A model generated the notes under the pieces. It was given only the letters and a program-made list of their open reading frames with translations. It was not told the origin of the DNA and did no database searches. The translations under genes and the position numbers were made by a program. A stretch of DNA of 64,000 nucleotides from Lingula anatina (Eukaryota > Animalia > Brachiopoda), in contig CM120643.1 of the NCBI GenBank assembly GCA_051362555.1, positions 4,154,001-4,218,000 on the forward strand. The letters are read 5' to 3'. Each line of letters starts with the position of its first letter. Position 1 is the stretch's first letter. Below, piece by piece: positions 51,500-63,948 of this stretch.

Positions 51500-54290
51500 A
51501 TTCCAACATATATTTAAATTATTGTTAAGCATCATTTGTACAAATTTTAGAAACATTGGACAAGATTTGACAAAATTATTAACGTTTAACTATTTTATGT
51601 CATGGGATTTGCCAGTCTTTTCAATGTAAATTTCAGTTTTCCCAAATATGTTGTCCCAAAAAACACTTTTCATTAGATACAGTCAACAGATCATCTAATC
51701 ATAGATTTTTATTGTTGTTATGCATCATTTGTACAAATTACAGAAATATTGGACAAGATTTGACAAAATTATTAACATTTAACTATTTGATATCATGGGA
51801 TTTGCCAGTCTTTCCAATGTTATTTTCAGTTTTTTCAGTTATATTGTTCTTTTTCCAGAGTACCCTTACCATGAAGATGCAGGCAGCGAAAGACAGCATC
51901 AAGAGCAGCACTATGTCTTATCCAAGTGTACAATACATGATATGTGGCAAGATTTAGGACATTGTCAAATGTTGTGATAACAACAACCCATTCCAGAAAC
52001 CCATTGTAAGGAGTAATCTGCATCTGGCATTGATAGTAAGGAGAAGTCTTGTATGGGTATATATTGTTTTTCAGATAACAGTTATAGGTAATTTGCAACC
52101 TGCTACACAAACAACCTCAAATCATCACATTTGGTATTTTATTTTATAATCACATTGCAAAATTATTAACATTTAACTATTTTAAGCCGTGGAATTTGCC
52201 AGATTTTTCAGTGTAATTTTCAGTTTTTTCAAGTATATTGTCGAAAGAAGATACTTTTCATTAGATGCAGTCAACAGATCATCTAATCACAAATTTTTAT
52301 TGTTGTTAAGCATCATTTGTACAAATTTCAGAAATATTAGACAAGATTTGACATAATTATTAACGTTTAACTATTTTAAGTCCTGGGTTTTGCCAGTCTT
52401 TTCAACGTAAATTTCATTTTTCCAAAATATGTTGTCCCAAAAAACACTTTAAATACAGTCAACAGATCAGCTTATCACAGATTTTTATTGTTGTTAACCA
52501 TCATTTGTACAAATTTCAGAAATATTGGACAAGATTTGACAAAATTATTAACGTTTAACTATTTTAGTCATGACATTTGCCAGTCTTTTCAATGTAAATT
52601 TCAGTTTTCCCAAATGCATTGTCACAAAAAGACACTTTTCATTAGATACAGTTAACTGATCAGCTTATCACAGATTTTTATTGTTGTTAAGCATCATTTG
52701 TACAAATTTCAGAAACATTTGACTGGATTTGACAAAATTGATAATGTTTAACTATTTTAAGCCATGAGATTTGCCTGTCTTTTCAATGTAAATTTCAGTT
52801 TTCCCAAATATGTTGTCCCAAAAAACACTTTTCAGTCAACAGATCATCTAATCATAGATTTTTATTGTTGTTATGCATCATTTGTACAAATTTCAGAAAT
52901 ATTGGACAAGATTTGATAATTTTATTAACATTTAACTATTTTAAGTCATGAGATTTGCCAGTCTTTTCAATGTAAATTTCAGTTTTCCCAAATATGTTGT
53001 CCCAAAAAACACTTTTCAGTCAACAGATCATCTAATCATAGATTTTTATTGTTGTTATGCATCATTTGTACAAATTTCAGAAATATTGGACAAGATTTGA
53101 CAAAATTATTAACATTTAACTATTTTAAGTCATGGGATTTGCCAGTCTTTCCAATGTTATTTTCTGTTTTTTCAGTTATATTGTTCTTTTTCCAGAGTAC
53201 CCTTACCATGAAGATGCAGGCAGCGAAAGACAGCACCAAGAGCAGCACTTTGTCTTATCCTTGTGTACAATACATGATATGTGGCAAGATTTAGGACATT
53301 GTCCAGGCCCGTAGCCAGCAATTTCAGAGGTGGGGTTCGTTTTCTGAAAAAGTGGACCTTTTACCATAAAATCCTCAAGTACATAGATCAAATTTTACCT
53401 TTCGAACCCCCTGAACCCCCCCTGGCTACGGGCCTGTTGTCAAATGTTGTGATAACAACAACCCATTCCAGAAACCCATTGTAAGGAGTAATCTGCATCT
53501 GGCATTGATAGTAAGGAGAAGTATTGTATGGGTATATATTGTTTTTCAGATAACAGTTATAGGTAATTTGCAACCTCTTACACAAACAAACTCAAAACAT
53601 CACATTTGCTATTTTCTTTGAGAGTATATAGTACATTGCAATATTGAAATATTTGTTTTTGTTAATTCTCACACTTCTGCATGATTATCAGTTTCCAATA
53701 AACCAGACACTTAATAAAAGACACAGACAACTGATCAGCTTATCACAGAATTTTATTGTTGTTAAGCATCATATTTTTAGGTTTCAGAAACATTGGACAA
53801 GATTTGTCAAAATTATTCAAATTTAACTATTTTATGTCGTGGAATTTGCCTGTGCTTTCAGTGTAATTTTCAGATTTCTCAAATATATCATACAAAGAAA
53901 ATACTTTTTATTTCAAAAATATTTGACAAGATTTGACAAAATTATTAACATTTAACTATTTTAAGTCATGAGATTTGCCAGTCTTTCCAATGTTATTTTC
54001 AGTTTTTGCAGTTTTATTGTTCTTTTTCCAGATTATCACAGATTTTTATTGTTGTTAAGCATCATTTGTAAAAATTTCAGAAATATTGGAAAAGATTTGT
54101 CAAAAGTATTAACGTTTAACTATTTTAAGTTATGGAATTTGCCAGTGTTTTCAGTGTAATTTTCAGATTTCTCAAATATATTGTACAAAGAAAATGCTTT
54201 TCATTAGACACAGACAACTGATCAGCTTATCACAGATTTTTATTGCTGTTATTGGACTAGATTTGACAAAATTATTAACATTTTTAACTA
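51500..54290 (+). repeat. Degenerate intronic satellite, about 185-195-bp unit, with a higher-order duplication (about 51700-52130 vs 53040-53610)
   Basis: catcatttgtacaaatttcagaaatattggacaagatttgacaaaattattaac recurs at about 51530, 51723, 52311, 52499, 52693, 52877, 53060 and later. Confidence 0.9.
53304..53436. mobile_element. 133-bp MITE with 15-bp TIR CAGGCCCGTAGCCAG and 5-bp TSD TTGTC
   Basis: ttgtc|caggcccgtagccag...ctggctacgggcctg|ttgtc. The paralogous copy at about 51962 shows the empty site. Confidence 0.92.
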
Positions 54291-55058
54291 ATTTTCTTCA
54301 CCTCTAAAGCCATACATATATGTGCGAGAATACATTGGCCATCACACAAAATAAGTGGAAATTACATTTGATGCTGTTTTCAAATGCCATTCAGTAAGGT
54401 ATTTTTATTTCTGTTGCAGATATCAATGAATGTGAAGAGACTTGATCCCTGGGTGTGCAGCCAGTTGTGTGAGAATACTGTGGGCTCTTTCTCTGTAAGT
54501 GTGTCCATGGCTACCTAGAGACAGCTGATGGGTGGACCTGCAAAAGAAGAGACAGTAAGTAGCAGGGTTTTTTCTTGATGGTTGTTTTTGTTATTGTAAT
54601 TTTACAGTTTGTTTTTCCAGTACTGAAGGTTACAACTGGAGTGTCACCCTTTTGAATCAAGGGGTTATATTGACGACTAGTTAAGTTTCTGTTCATATCA
54701 GGCAAATCAATAGGTCTTGGATTTTTCAAAAAGATGCAATTGTGAGCCTTATAGTTTTGAATCTGATTCATATATCCACTTCTGTGTTTATTCTGCTGTG
54801 ATAAATATATTTTGAAATACTCTATTTACTTGTCTTTAAGTTAAGATATAATATATTCATTTATTCTGCTTCACATCTTTTAATAAATCTTAAATTAGAA
54901 AAAATATTTGCTGAAATATATAATGATTATAGTAAATAGTTATTAATATTAGTAATTTCAGTTCAGTTCTGTGTTCATAAAGTTTAATTATGTAACAGAT
55001 ATAGTTAATGGTTATCAGCCACCTAATGTTTTTCCAGTTCAGTTATATGTATACAGTT

Positions 55059-56997
55059 TTACTTCAGCTTTTGCTGTATGTCATCATTTATATCAAATTT
55101 ATGCTTGTTTCCTTTCGAGTCCTGTGCGAACACTTTTCCATTAAAATACCAGGCTGATTCAACCTTTTAGTGTTTTTTACTTACTTAATAAGCTCAGCGT
55201 TTAGTGGTGTGAGGTGGTCGTACATGTAGAATGCATCTTTCTGTGTCCTTTTATGTCTGATTATTTCCACCTTTGACTCTTGGTTGACCATTCTGGCTAT
55301 GACTGGGAGTGCAGCACCATTTCGTCCGGGAATCCGATGTATGGCCAGGATGTTAGCTGGGCCGGTTCACATTCAAATTTGCTCACTCCTTGAGGATCTT
55401 GCATAATTCAGATCTCAAGTCTTCTTTGGGGGATTCTGGCCAATCAAGGAACTTAATGTTATTTTTCTGACTATACTGCTGATTAAAATTAGCCATTGAT
55501 AAGGCTCCCTGGGCTTGTCTACAATAACTTTTCATCTTAATTGTCATTCATTTTTCTCAGTTCTGCTTCTTGTCTTACTAGTTTTTCAATCTTTTCTTTC
55601 AAAGGCACTCAACTTGGTCAGGTAGTCTTCAAGCTTTTTACTGATCTCACCTTTCTCTGCCTTCCATTTGTTGTTCTTCTCTCTAGCTGTTTGTTCTACG
55701 TCTGTGTGAAGGCAGTGTAGTTGTTGCTGTGTAGATTCATCTTTCTTGGAGCTTTTTAGAATTTTCGAGGGCTGTTCATGTTTGTGTCAATTCTTTGTTC
55801 ATCGTCTCAATCTAAGAAGCAAGCTTGTCTCTTTCCCTGGTGGTGTTTTCAAGGTCTTTTTGGAGCAGTCTTAGTTTGAGATCAATGTTTTTTTCATAGT
55901 GCTGTGAAATTAGGTGATAACACTGTTTTCAAAGTCGCGTAGGGCCGACATACAAATATCTTTGGTTGAGTTAGGCCCTTCATCTTCTCGTTGAGGTGAT
56001 GTCTGGGACCCTGAGGTGGTCATTTCAGACATGGTTTGGGAGTGCTGGTGGGTGGAATGTACAGTTAGGCTCTATTCCCATAGATTTTAGATCGATCTAT
56101 CCCCACAGGGAGTCTCATTAGATTACTTTCAGATAATCCGACTCAAATGTCTGTCCTGCCTACTACAAGCTGTAAGGGGGTAATTAACTTTCGTGTCCGC
56201 CCGGCTGACAGCTATTTAGCGTGAACCCCCAGGGAGTTAGGTCGATCTAAAGTAGGTCGATCTAATCTATGGAAATGGGGTGTTACACTCTGTGTTGCAA
56301 TGTGCACAAAATTAGGCTTACTGCTTTCTTTTGTTGGCTGTGGGTGTTGACTGGTGTTGAATGAATCCAGTGTTTGTGTGGCCATGTTGATATTGTTACA
56401 TCTATCTTGTTTGTTTATATTTGACCTTCCATTGAGGGCTTTTACAATCTCAGTGTCAACTTTAACACAACAGATACAAGTGAATTTCCTTGTTGATTGT
56501 GTAAGAATAGATAATTGGTATGCTGGCAGTTCAGTGTATTGGTAGTGTAACCACAATTTACAGACATTGCATTGTATCATGTGTTCATCTTCTTCCCTCA
56601 TTACAAAGAGAGCAAAGGTTAGATATTTCATCCATAGCGTTACTAGTAGGGTCTGCTCCCCCATCATCTAAAGTTGAAGTGAACCTAATCCGGTCAGGTT
56701 TATGTGACCAGGTCATCGTAGGTCTGATCTAGGGAATCAGAGTTCCTCTCAAGCTCTGACAGAGTACATAAATTAGGACTGTATTCGTGGAGGCTAAAGT
56801 TGGTATCTTCATCCACAAACACTCGACCGTTGGTAATCTCGTAAGAGTCCAGATATAGTGCTGCATCCTGTAGTGAGTTAAAGCTTTTATGGCAGGCCCC
56901 AGCGAATTTGTTTGTACTTTGTTGCGCCATTGACCATTGCAGGAATAATGCTATATGTCTCTGCCACTGCATAGAATTTTTTATTATCTGACGGCAT
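55059..56997 (-). pseudogene. Decayed LINE (CR1/L2-type) ORF1-like frame: RNase H1 N-terminal hybrid-binding domain + PHD finger + coiled coil + RRM/CTD
   Basis: Reads MPSDNKKFYAVA / HIALFLQWSMAQQSTNKFAGACHKSFNSLQDAALYL; CSLC / MIQCNVCKLWLHYQY...FTCICC; ANFNQQYSQKNNIK...AIHRIPG...YDHLTPLNAELI...SAWYFNGKVF...KFDINDDIQQKLK*. Several frameshifts and stops. Confidence 0.75.
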
Positions 56998-59900
56998 TGT
57001 GAACAACAAAGGTCGGCTAGGGTTCGAACAAAGACCAAGATGGCGTAGTAATGGCCGTAAGCACGACGGGTAGCAAACACGTCAAATTTTACCTTCACAC
57101 GTGGTGTAAACACAAAAGTTTTTGTACTCACATAGTCCAGAGAGTCTAATACACTGTACCATATTATTGCTTCGTTTCCCCATCTACTCTCCTTAAACAG
57201 GAATTTAGAAGTACATTTCTAGAGATTTCCCTCCTTAGTGCTCGCGCATGCACATAATTTGTGTTAGGTATTCTGTGATTGGCTATTGCTCGTCTCTGTT
57301 AAATCACGTGGCCTTTACACACTTAGGGTTTTTTTGTTATCAGCTCTCTATTGATAAGGACCAATGATATTGCTTGAATTTGTCACACCCCAACTGTTTC
57401 CATTCACTCCGATATAATTCCCTGGAGTGAGTTAGTTCAGAATATAATATTAGGTAATTCTGATTAACTCAATTTTCTTTGTATTTGAACATTTTGAAAA
57501 ATTAAAAGAGATACTGTTCAGAGGCAAGTTTTCTTCACATCTGAAGTCATACATATGTGTGCCAGAATTCATTGGCCATCACATAAATCAAGTGCAAAAT
57601 ACATTTGATGCTTCATCAAATAGCATTCAGTAAGATATTTTTTATTTCTGTTGCAGATATCAATGAATGTGAAGAGACTCGATCCCTGGGTGTGCAGCCA
57701 GTTGTGTGAGAATACTGTGGGCTCTTTCCACTATAAGTGTGTCCATGGCTACCTAGAGACAGCTGATGGGTGGACCTGCAAAAGAAGAGACAGTAAGTAG
57801 CAGGGTTTTTTTCTTGATAGTAGTTTTTGTTATTGTAATTTTACAGTTTGTTTTTTCAGTACTGAAGGTTACAACTCTAATCTTGCCCTTTTGAATCAAG
57901 GGGTTATATTGATGACTAGTTAAAGGTATAACAACTCTTTGTATGAGATCTATATTTCACAATGAATAGATTGTATAAACAACTCTTTTTAGAAAAAAAA
58001 AACAATGACTAACTTTGTAGATATGTATTCATTCAGCATTGTTAAGTGTGGGAAAAATGTCATTTACCCCAAGAAAAATTATTGTTTTGGCCAAAGTGAA
58101 CAGTTGTTATCCTTTTAACTTTCTATTTATATCAGGCAATAAATCAATTGGTCTTGGATCTTTTAAAAAGATGCAGTTGTAAGCCTTATAGTTTTGAATC
58201 AATTTCAAATATCCATTTTTGTATTAATTCTGTTGTGATAAATTTATTTTGAAATACTCTATTTACTTGTCTTTTAAGTGAAGTTATTCAGTTCTGCTTT
58301 CGTACGTCTTTTAATAAACCTTAAATTAGAAAAAATATTATTTTCAGATATTGAGCCTTTGATTTATATTACTAATTTAAAATATGTATGACATGTTAGG
58401 CATTTAATTCCAGATATATTTACTGGACAAACTGGGGTCATATCTTTTACATTGCTGGTGTGGGAGTGGACATCACCAACTGGTCATCTGTGATCACGGA
58501 GAAACTGGACTGGCCTAATTCCTTGACCACTGACTATGTCACCAGGAGGATGTGGTGGGCTGATGCACATCTGGATTACATTGAGTTAGTCTCATATTTT
58601 AGTTATAGATTTATTTTCTAGGATAATATCATGGAATACTCATTTTTATGATTGGGAAAATGTGGCTAAATTAATATTTGTTTATATATGCTTAATATGC
58701 CTTCCCCCTTTTTTTTTTCAATAAAATTGTATTATATTGTTTATAACATCTTCAGTTGGGGAATGTAACCAAAATAATTTGGTATATGGTACTGTCACAG
58801 GTTATTACCTGCACTACAGCCAAGCAGGTCTGGAGGTTGTTAAGTTGATTTTCTTCTAATGGAGACAGTTCACTGCGGGTTTGGAGCTTTTCTTTTTCCA
58901 TTTAATATATATTAAATGACATGAAATCTAAAATACATATGTACATTAGATTTCAGGTATGCCAACCTTGATGGCAGCAACAGACAGTTAATTGGTCATA
59001 TCAGAAGTCAGAATAGACCACATATTTGCCATTGCTGTGTTTGAAGACTGGATATATTGGACTGACTGGAACCATCTGAGTATTGAAGAAGCTCACAAGT
59101 ACACATTGCCAAGAGATGATTATTTAGTCATATATAAATTAAAGTGAAAATATTCATTTTACTGTTTTTCTTTTAATCAAGAGCTTGTAAAATATGTGGG
59201 TATTACCTCCAATATTTCTGTGACTGTCAGTCACCATCATCAGGGAGTAAGTGAATTTATACATACAGAGCTAATGAAACTGTTCTCTGAAAATATTCAG
59301 TTTTGGATAATATATGTTCACTTTGTGAATTTTTATTTTATTATTTCATTTTTCAAAGATTAAATTAAAATAAGTGAAATAAATTAAAAGAAATTTAAGT
59401 ATTTTGTGCTTACAGAATGTTAGAAATTGAGTGATTGCAGTAGAATATTTCAGTGTAGGTATGTCAGGACACCTGTAGATACCAAAATACATGGAAGCTA
59501 TGAAAAACATGCCTCTTGATATATAATATGACCATGTACTTTGTTGTTGTTATTGTTTACAGGTTTACCTATTTTAGGGACAACAATGGTGGCTGCTCTC
59601 ACGTGTGCCTCATCACACCAGGGGGCGCTGGATTCAGGTGTGACTGTGTCTCATGGTAAGTTTCTTTTAACATCTTGTATCAAAGACTATATTCATCTTA
59701 TGTCAGTCTTAATTGTTCTTGTCAAATTGCTGTATGGTGGTCCTGTTACTTTTTCAATGAATTATTTCTCTTGATTAGTTCTTTTGTCGTTTTTTCACAA
59801 ATTGCCTGCAAATATTTTATGCTTCATTAACTTTAAATTTTCTTTTTATTCATTGGTCTAAAGTGTTCATCTTTTTTCTCGTAGGATGCAATGGAACCAA

Positions 59901-61234
59901 AGTACAACAAAATGGAGAATTTCGAAGACTACAACAAACCAACCAATTTCTCCACCCCAGTGTATGACAATAAAACAGGATTAGAACCTGCTAAATCCAT
60001 GAAAATAAAAAAGGACATCACCAGTCCTACTCACTCCAATGGAGTATTAGACAACCAGTCATCAGAGATCACAGTCTATATACCACATAAGGAACTCTGT
60101 CTATCAGTAACGGAAAACCGATTACAACACTGATGTTTTAGTCACTAATAGAGATTTATGAGACCAAAGATTTTTTGAGTATAAAAACTCTTGATGATCA
60201 TTCCACAGTTGCAGCAAAATTCGAGAGAGAATATGTCTCGCACAAAGCAGAATAGATGTTGGTAGTTATGATGGAACTTTATTATGAAGTGTTATATTAA
60301 ACCCATACAAAATATTTGTTCTTGTATGAGTGCAGCTTTCCAGCTCTGATGAAGAATTGGAATTCCTATATACTAAATAATTCCAGATAAAATGTTACGC
60401 TATTAAAGAGTCAGTCCTCCTGTTTGAATATAGTGTTTGTGCTGATGTTCTGTTTGCAAAAACTTTAGCCCTCATGCTTGCACATAAAATATTCCTCAAA
60501 GAACTCTCATACCAATATTTGGTTTATTTGTTGCTAATTTAACAATAAGAAATCAGTTAACAGATTTTTAAAATCTTGATTAATCTGTAGGCTTTACAGA
60601 TTGCAAGACGTAACCATGAGACTGTATTATTACATAGTAGTTGGCACATATATTAACTGGATTAAGGGACTGAATTAAAAGAAGTGCTAAGGCAAATACA
60701 ACCAACAAAAAAGTTCCATGACAAGTATAATCTGACCCGTAATAATGATATTTTTGTTGTATTTAAAAATGTGAGGGAGATGATACAGCTTAGTTAATGT
60801 AACAGCGGAGTTGAAATTAAGAATCCAGATGAAAATCCAAAATGGCACTTTGCAGTTTGTTTTAATACATTATCCTAGAAATACATCTGTGTTGGCTTCC
60901 TTGGTGTACTCAACATTCCAAGAACTGTTGTCTTGGTTCAGAAAAGGGTAGAAGATAAATTTTAATTTTACAATATACAAGACATAATAATGCTTTTTCC
61001 TTCTGGCTTTAATTAAACTGTATGTCATGTGACATTTGTATAGACGTCTTCAGATAGAAATTTTATTAATGTTGTACAAATATAAAAGCTTTAAGAAGGC
61101 TGGAAGAAAATTTGTCCCACACCATTGCAACATTCACTTAAATATGATTTTTATTTTCAGCCATGTCTGTACATTGCTGTCACCTATGCTATTTTCAATT
61201 CTTTGGCATGTTAACCGTCTCATTATTGAACTAA

Positions 61235-61487
61235 TTACCTGTTTGTCTGTCATCCACATAACTCAAAAAGCCATGGAACAATTTTGATGAAATTTTCAGG
61301 AACTGTCAGAAGTGGGCCAAAGAACAGATGAATAGTTTTTGGTGGTGATCTGGATCAATAATCAATCAATAATCAAAAATAAAAAAAACTTAATCATTAT
61401 AGAATGATAATTTAGGAGTGAAACGGCATTGGGTGGAGACTTTGCTGACTTGGCAGAGGTCTGTGCTCTCCGAGTGCTTTTTTAGTT
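61235..61487 (-). mobile_element. Reverse copy of the short HINE family seen at 40253-40438
   Basis: gaaattttcaggaactgtcagaagtgggccaaag...ttggcagaggtctgtgctctccgagtgctttttagtt. Confidence 0.7.
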
Positions 61488-62384
61488 GCATATGTAAACA
61501 TGTTCTTTTGACATTTTCTGCATCTTAACAATTTTGTTAGTTGTTTATATTAAAATGATGGTAAATCTGTTAGCATGTATTGTGAAATAAAGAATAAGAT
61601 ATGGAAATAAAATTATATTAGTGTAGTTTGTCATGTTCGTTCCTTTACTGTTTTCAGATCAAGGAAATTAGATATTTAAAATTGTTCTATTGATGTATTT
61701 TTTTATTTGTTTGAATAGAGGTCTGTCCATACTGTAATGCCATACTTGAAATTTTGTTAATTCTTTTGGAGGTGGTGCATTGTTCTTTATGTATGAAGAT
61801 ATATTGATTTTCATTTTAAGATACTAGTGAAAGTCTTTTTGTTTTTGGTACATGCATGCCAATAGTATGTATGTTCTTCATTATTTCACTGTAATAAAGG
61901 ATATTTTGGGGGAAAATATGCATGTTCAATTGTTTTTTTTCTCTTTTTCTCCCTCTAATCTTTTCCCTTTCCCTTTAATTTTTATAAGAAAAACAAATAA
62001 TTTTTATGAAAAAATGGAATAATATCAATAAGTAGATTTTCCAATTAAAAATATACAAAGGTTAGACAAAATTCTAATTTCAAGAGGGGAATAGTGGTGC
62101 GATATATTTTTCAGAAACCTCTAAATCTGCCACTGCGTTACCGATATGCACGTTACCATATTGCGTGTAGATTGTTGTTTTTGTTATTTACGTTGTGAGT
62201 TGTCTGTCAGCGCAACACTCAATAACTCCCTTTCCTTTAACTTGTTTGATTCCGTTATAATCTTTATCTGCAGTTAGTGAAAGTGTAAGTCATTTACTTT
62301 ACAACATCAATTGGCTACAAGTTGCCTTAAAATTTTGCATTTGATCCTCTATGAAGAGGAACTGTAGTGACCAACAAGGCTTTT

Positions 62385-63948
62385 AACTCTGAATTTTTTT
62401 ACTTCTGAATAATTTGACTGTTACAGTGTATGCGCATTATTTTTTTCGCTCGGCTTTCTCCTTTATATTCGCTTAAAAAGAGAGAGAGAGGGTATTCTAA
62501 TTAAGTTCATCCTTGTCGAACACAAACAGAAATGCTGTCAAAATGTTAATGCTTTGTCGATATCCATTTTCAATCACAGTTTTTTACCTATATCAAATAA
62601 TTATGACGAAATGTCGCGTGTGATTTTCGCCAAAAAGCCGTGACGTCTGCAGCGCATCTCTGAGGCACGTTTACTAATTATTTTTCACTCGTGGAATGAT
62701 TGTGTTAGTGCAGAAAATTTCTTTCTCACCAGATGACAACTGAAAACTTTGATAATATTTTTTGAACCACCATTAAGATCATCAAGGCCATCAAGATCAT
62801 CATCGTTACAAATCTCTGAACATCACTTCCGGCCAGTCTTATATTACTTCAAGGAACCTAATTTGCATATAAGAAAAAAAATGCATTTTTTCTGATTAAG
62901 GCTTGTCTCCAATTTTTTCATTATTTTCAAATAGCAATGTCATCTTTTGCTCACAAATCTGGACACCTTTATTCCAAATGCACTGTTTGTAAATTATGTA
63001 ATTAGAAATAATTTTTATATCACAGACGTGTATCACGATTTCACTCCACAGCCATAAAACTTGACACTAGCTGCATGGGTATAAAAGTAGGTCAATTGCC
63101 TGTATAAAATTGCCATACGATTATTGATTGTTTAGTGTGGACCGTTTTATGGGGGAGACACAAGTGGGAGATATATCAAGATACCAGCAAAATATTTTGG
63201 TTGCATGCGGGTACTGAAAGTCAGAGTATATTGCAAACTTTGAAAGAAAAGAGTGAAACTAGGCCACATCTCCAGCTTCATCATGTAAAACTTTAGATGC
63301 CACGGTCCCTCTATATTTCATTTGACTCTCCCTAAAATTTTTCAGACCACGTTAACTGTTCACATCCCGGGAACCGCGAAGCATCCAGCGAGGAAGCAGA
63401 CGCTGAGCTCTGCAGACGGCACATTGCATTCACAAGAGGGGGTAAAGGTTTTCTAGGGAAATGCTGTATTTTATTACATCTGACGAATTACGTGATAAAA
63501 GAAAGATGTTTTTTACATTTTTGAATTTATATTTACTAAGTGCAATGAGAGACGCCGATTCACTGTATTTCTTCTCAAAATTGACAGGTTAAAAAAAAAG
63601 AGCAAAAGGAGATTACCTATCTCCCCTATGAATCCTTACATGGCATATCCTATCCGTGAACTTTTGATCTACTTTAGTTTTCACACTCCTACACACGCTG
63701 AGTTTGTATGGTATCAGTAGAAATGGGGCGTATTGGTGGGACGTGGGGGGGGGGGGGGGAGAATGCTAATGTGACTTTTCATGTTCAAGAAGATATGGTA
63801 TTTCTATTTTGATAATGCTACATGTATAACATATTTGGGTTAATGAACAATATTACATCTGTTGTTTTATACGTATTTTTATGTAAAATAAAACATTTTA
63901 TTTTAAAAGATACTGAATTGAGAGCGTTGGCAACGGGGAAGAGCAGTT
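62385..63948 (+). repeat. About 1.5-kb dispersed repeat, copy 2
   Basis: Collinear with 36335-37840. Confidence 0.85.

Larger units (their letters stand above)
51097..60133 (+). pseudogene. LRP2: Unprocessed, internally deleted LRP2/megalin-like pseudogene: LDLa 51097-51211; cbEGF twice (54420-54554, 57657-57792); YWTD exons 58348-58398, 58414-58584, 58957-59105; EGF 59563-59655; cytoplasmic-tail exon 59885-60133
   Basis: Reads FVCDNGCFINLS*RCDQDNDCRDNSDEEG*; DINECEE / [16 protein letters not shown]...DGWTCKR (frameshifted); YIYWTNWG...KLDWPNSLTTDY...WWADAHLDYIE; [16 protein letters not shown]; [22 protein letters not shown]; KPTNFSTPVYD. Stops, frameshifts and missing exons are present. The LRP2 versus LRP1 assignment is by eye. 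Confidence 0.8.

Noticed and set aside
59891-60133. Stand-alone 80-aa gene
   Set aside because: It is preceded by a splice acceptor at 59884 and is the cytoplasmic-tail exon of the LRP-like pseudogene.
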